From Trichodesmium erythraeum IMS101 (GTDB taxonomy: Bacteria > Cyanobacteriota > Cyanobacteriia > Cyanobacteriales > Microcoleaceae), in NCBI RefSeq assembly GCF_000014265.1, contig NC_008312.1, positions 2,010,001 to 2,042,000 of the forward strand: a stretch of DNA of 32,000 nucleotides, in the 5' to 3' direction. Positions 30,001 through 32,000 of this stretch are shown here, piece after piece. The number at the start of each line of letters is the position of its first letter. The stretch's first letter is position 1. The notes below the pieces were generated by a model. That model was given only the letters and a program-made list of their open reading frames with translations. It made no database searches and was not told where the DNA came from. The position numbers were made by a program, and so were the translations under genes.

Positions 30001-30445
30001 TAGATTATTTATCTAAAATCTAATAACTAAGACGTTTGAGATGAATAAAACATCAATAAATACTATTAAGTAAATTATTTATCTAAAATCTAATAACTAA
30101 GACGTTTGAGATGAATAAAGCATCAATAAATACTATTAAGTAAATTATTTATCTAAAATCTAATAACTAAGACGTTTGAGATGAATAAAGCATCAATAAA
30201 TACTATTAAGTAAATTATTTATCTAAAATCTAATAACTAAGACGTTTGAGATGAATAAAGCATCAATAAATACTATTAAGTAAATTATTTATCTAAAATC
30301 TAATAACTAAGACGTTTGAGATGAATAAAACATCAATAAATACTATTAAGTAAATTATTTATCTAAAATCTAATAACTAAGACGTTTGAGATGAATAAAA
30401 CATCAATAAATACTATTAAGTAAATTATTTATCTAAAATCTAAAA
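30001..30445. repeat. Tandem array, 6 full units + 1 partial of exactly 70 bp
   Basis: The unit is TAAATTATTTATCTAAAATCTAATAACTAAGACGTTTGAGATGAATAAA(A/G)CATCAATAAATACTATTAAG, starting at 30001, 30071, 30141, 30211, 30281, 30351 and (partial) 30421. The only internal polymorphism is A/G at unit position 50 (a,g,g,g,a,a), plus TAGATT in unit 1. Confidence 0.97.
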
Positions 30446-30748
30446 CCTAGACATTATCTGCATTTTTCCCTCTTCAGGTAATGAATACACCAAAGTCAGC
30501 AAAAATAATTGAAGGGTATTGTTTGGTATTTTTTTCCATGCATGAGAGCTCTGGAACTGATGATATATCAGGATTCTATATTTACTCAGCCAGACCTAAT
30601 TGTTCTTACTTTTTATCACTCCCCCGCTCCTCTACTCCTCTACTCTTTCACTCAACAAAGTATAACAAAAACATATTAACATTAGTATTAGGTTTATTTA
30701 CTGAACCTAATATACTTGGTAGTATCATAAAAATCTACCACCTCAAAC

Positions 30749-31705
30749 CTACTCTTCTTCAATAAATTCACAAATTTGTTTATCCACATAATTATCATCT
30801 ACATTTTTAGTAATTAATTCTGCCAAAATTCCTAAAGATATTAACTGTACAGAAAGAATAATACACAAAATTCCAAATAAAAATAAAGGGCGATTACCTA
30901 TCGGTCGAATCTCCATAAACCAAAGTACAATTAAATATCCCAAAGATGTCATTCCTATAACACCAAATAATAATCCTAAACTACCAAACAAATGACCTGG
31001 TTTATGTAAATAATAAGTAGTTACTAAAACTGTTAATAGATCAATAAATCCACGAGTATAACGTTCTAAACCATACTTGGATTTACCCTTTGTACGACTA
31101 TGATGTTCTACAACTACTTCAGTAATTTTAAATCCTAAACTATGAGCTAATACCGGAATATAACGATGTAATTCTCCATAGACCTTTATACAATCTAATA
31201 CCTCTTTTTTATAAGCTTTTAAGCCACAATTAAAATCATGTAATTTGACTCCAGTTAAAACCGATGTAACTCCATTAAATAATTTCGAGGGTAATGTTTT
31301 AGAAAGAGGGTCATTACGATGTTTTCGCCATCCAGAAACTAAATCATATCCTGACTCTAACTTTTCCAAAAATTTAGGTATTTCCGCAGGATCATCTTGT
31401 AAGTCTGCGTCTAAAGTAAAGATAATATTTCCTCTAGTTTTTTTAAATCCAGCAGATAAAGCAGAAGATTTACCAAAGTTTCTTCTTAATCTAATTCCTT
31501 TGACTTGACGGGGGTGTTTTTTGATTAATTTATTAATCTCTATCCAAGAGCGATCGCTACTACCATCATCCACAAAAATGATTTCATAATTATCAATTTT
31601 TCCTAAATTCATTACATCCAAAATTCTCTCAAACAAGGGTTTGATTGTAACTTCTTCATTATAAACAGGAATTACAAAACTGAGGTATATATTAAATATC
31701 TCCAT
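30749..31705 (-). CDS. Family 2 glycosyltransferase, GtrB/ArnC/DPM1-like polyprenyl-phosphate glycosyltransferase
   Basis: 318-aa ORF. GT-A motifs are VIPVYNEE, FVDDGSSD and the DxD motif LDADLQDD. Two C-terminal hydrophobic helices (LGLLFGVIGMTSLGYLIVLWF; LFLFGILCIILSVQLISLGILA) are characteristic of this membrane-anchored subfamily. Confidence 0.88.
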   Translation of the reverse strand: MEIFNIYLSFVIPVYNEEVTIKPLFERILDVMNLGKIDNYEIIFVDDGSSDRSWIEINKLIKKHPRQVKGIRLRRNFGKSSALSAGFKKTRGNIIFTLDADLQDDPAEIPKFLEKLESGYDLVSGWRKHRNDPLSKTLPSKLFNGVTSVLTGVKLHDFNCGLKAYKKEVLDCIKVYGELHRYIPVLAHSLGFKITEVVVEHHSRTKGKSKYGLERYTRGFIDLLTVLVTTYYLHKPGHLFGSLGLLFGVIGMTSLGYLIVLWFMEIRPIGNRPLFLFGILCIILSVQLISLGILAELITKNVDDNYVDKQICEFIEEE

Positions 31706-32000
31706 AAAATAAATAAGAGGGAATTGGTAATAGGAAATACAGAGAATTAATTAATAATTTCTGGTTCATAGTTAATTTTATTTTTGATTTTCGTAAAAGT
31801 CTATTATTCAATCTTAAATTATAATTTTCAAAACTATATTGACGACTTTTTATACTTATTAAAACGGTAGTTATGCGTATATAAACCGTAAATTATTTGT
31901 GAAAAAAATACTATGACATAAGCATAAATTTTTCTATTTAGGATTGTTCTAGTAATTGAAAATCAGGATTAACAACATTAGACAAGGGAGCCAGATACTC

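Noticed and set aside
30041-30073. A 10-codon mini-ORF (MNK[T/A]SINTIK*) in every 70-bp unit, whose only polymorphism is non-synonymous; considered as a peptide-precursor array
   Set aside because: There is no Shine-Dalgarno spacing (GAG directly abuts the ATG), the peptide is tiny and low-complexity, and such an ORF is expected by chance in very AT-rich sequence. I kept it only as a note; ribosome profiling would be needed to revive it.
30481-30765. 94-aa plus-strand ORF between the 70-bp array and the GT2 gene
   Set aside because: It has no recognisable motif and a low-complexity, atypical composition. It overlaps the 3' end of the convergent GT2 gene. Probably a chance ORF.

Overview
This is an AT-rich cyanobacterial chromosome segment. 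I count 12 exact copies of the HIP1 octamer GCGATCGC, where fewer than one is expected by chance at this base composition, and the housekeeping proteins are of cyanobacterial type. The heavy load of dead insertion sequences, the heptamer repeats and the long non-coding stretches most resemble Trichodesmium-like filamentous marine cyanobacteria; that is an inference, not a database result.

Only ten ORFs look like intact genes: proS, a NUDIX hydrolase, argF, an SSF-family symporter, dusB, fumC, a 201-aa acidic orphan, a CHAT-FHA fusion protein, a 687-aa polytopic membrane protein and a GtrB/ArnC-like GT2. Together they cover about 12.7 kb, roughly 40% of the window.

Most of the rest is debris:
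- At least 15 decayed or truncated IS fragments, often nested: IS5-type, IS630-type, an unclassified IS with a 40-bp terminal repeat, IS1 InsA, an ISKra4-like remnant and an IS200/IS605 tnpB 3' end.
- Two MITE-like families, each present twice.
- A Uma2-family endonuclease pseudogene.
- Three tandem arrays: 80/81 bp x13, 70 bp x6.4 and 63 bp x2.
- An STRR-like heptamer repeat abutting the dusB start codon.

I recognised no rRNA, tRNA, CRISPR array or intact transposase.

The best candidates for something new:
- The CHAT(caspase-like)-FHA protein with its co-oriented acidic partner ORF.
- The two near-perfect tandem arrays, whose units each carry promoter-like hexamers.
- An orphan TnpB 3' end with its right-end hairpin, a possible orphan omega-RNA.
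- A membrane protein and polyprenyl-phosphate GT2 pair separated by mobile debris.

Family assignments rest on motifs I recognise by eye and need profile or BLAST confirmation.
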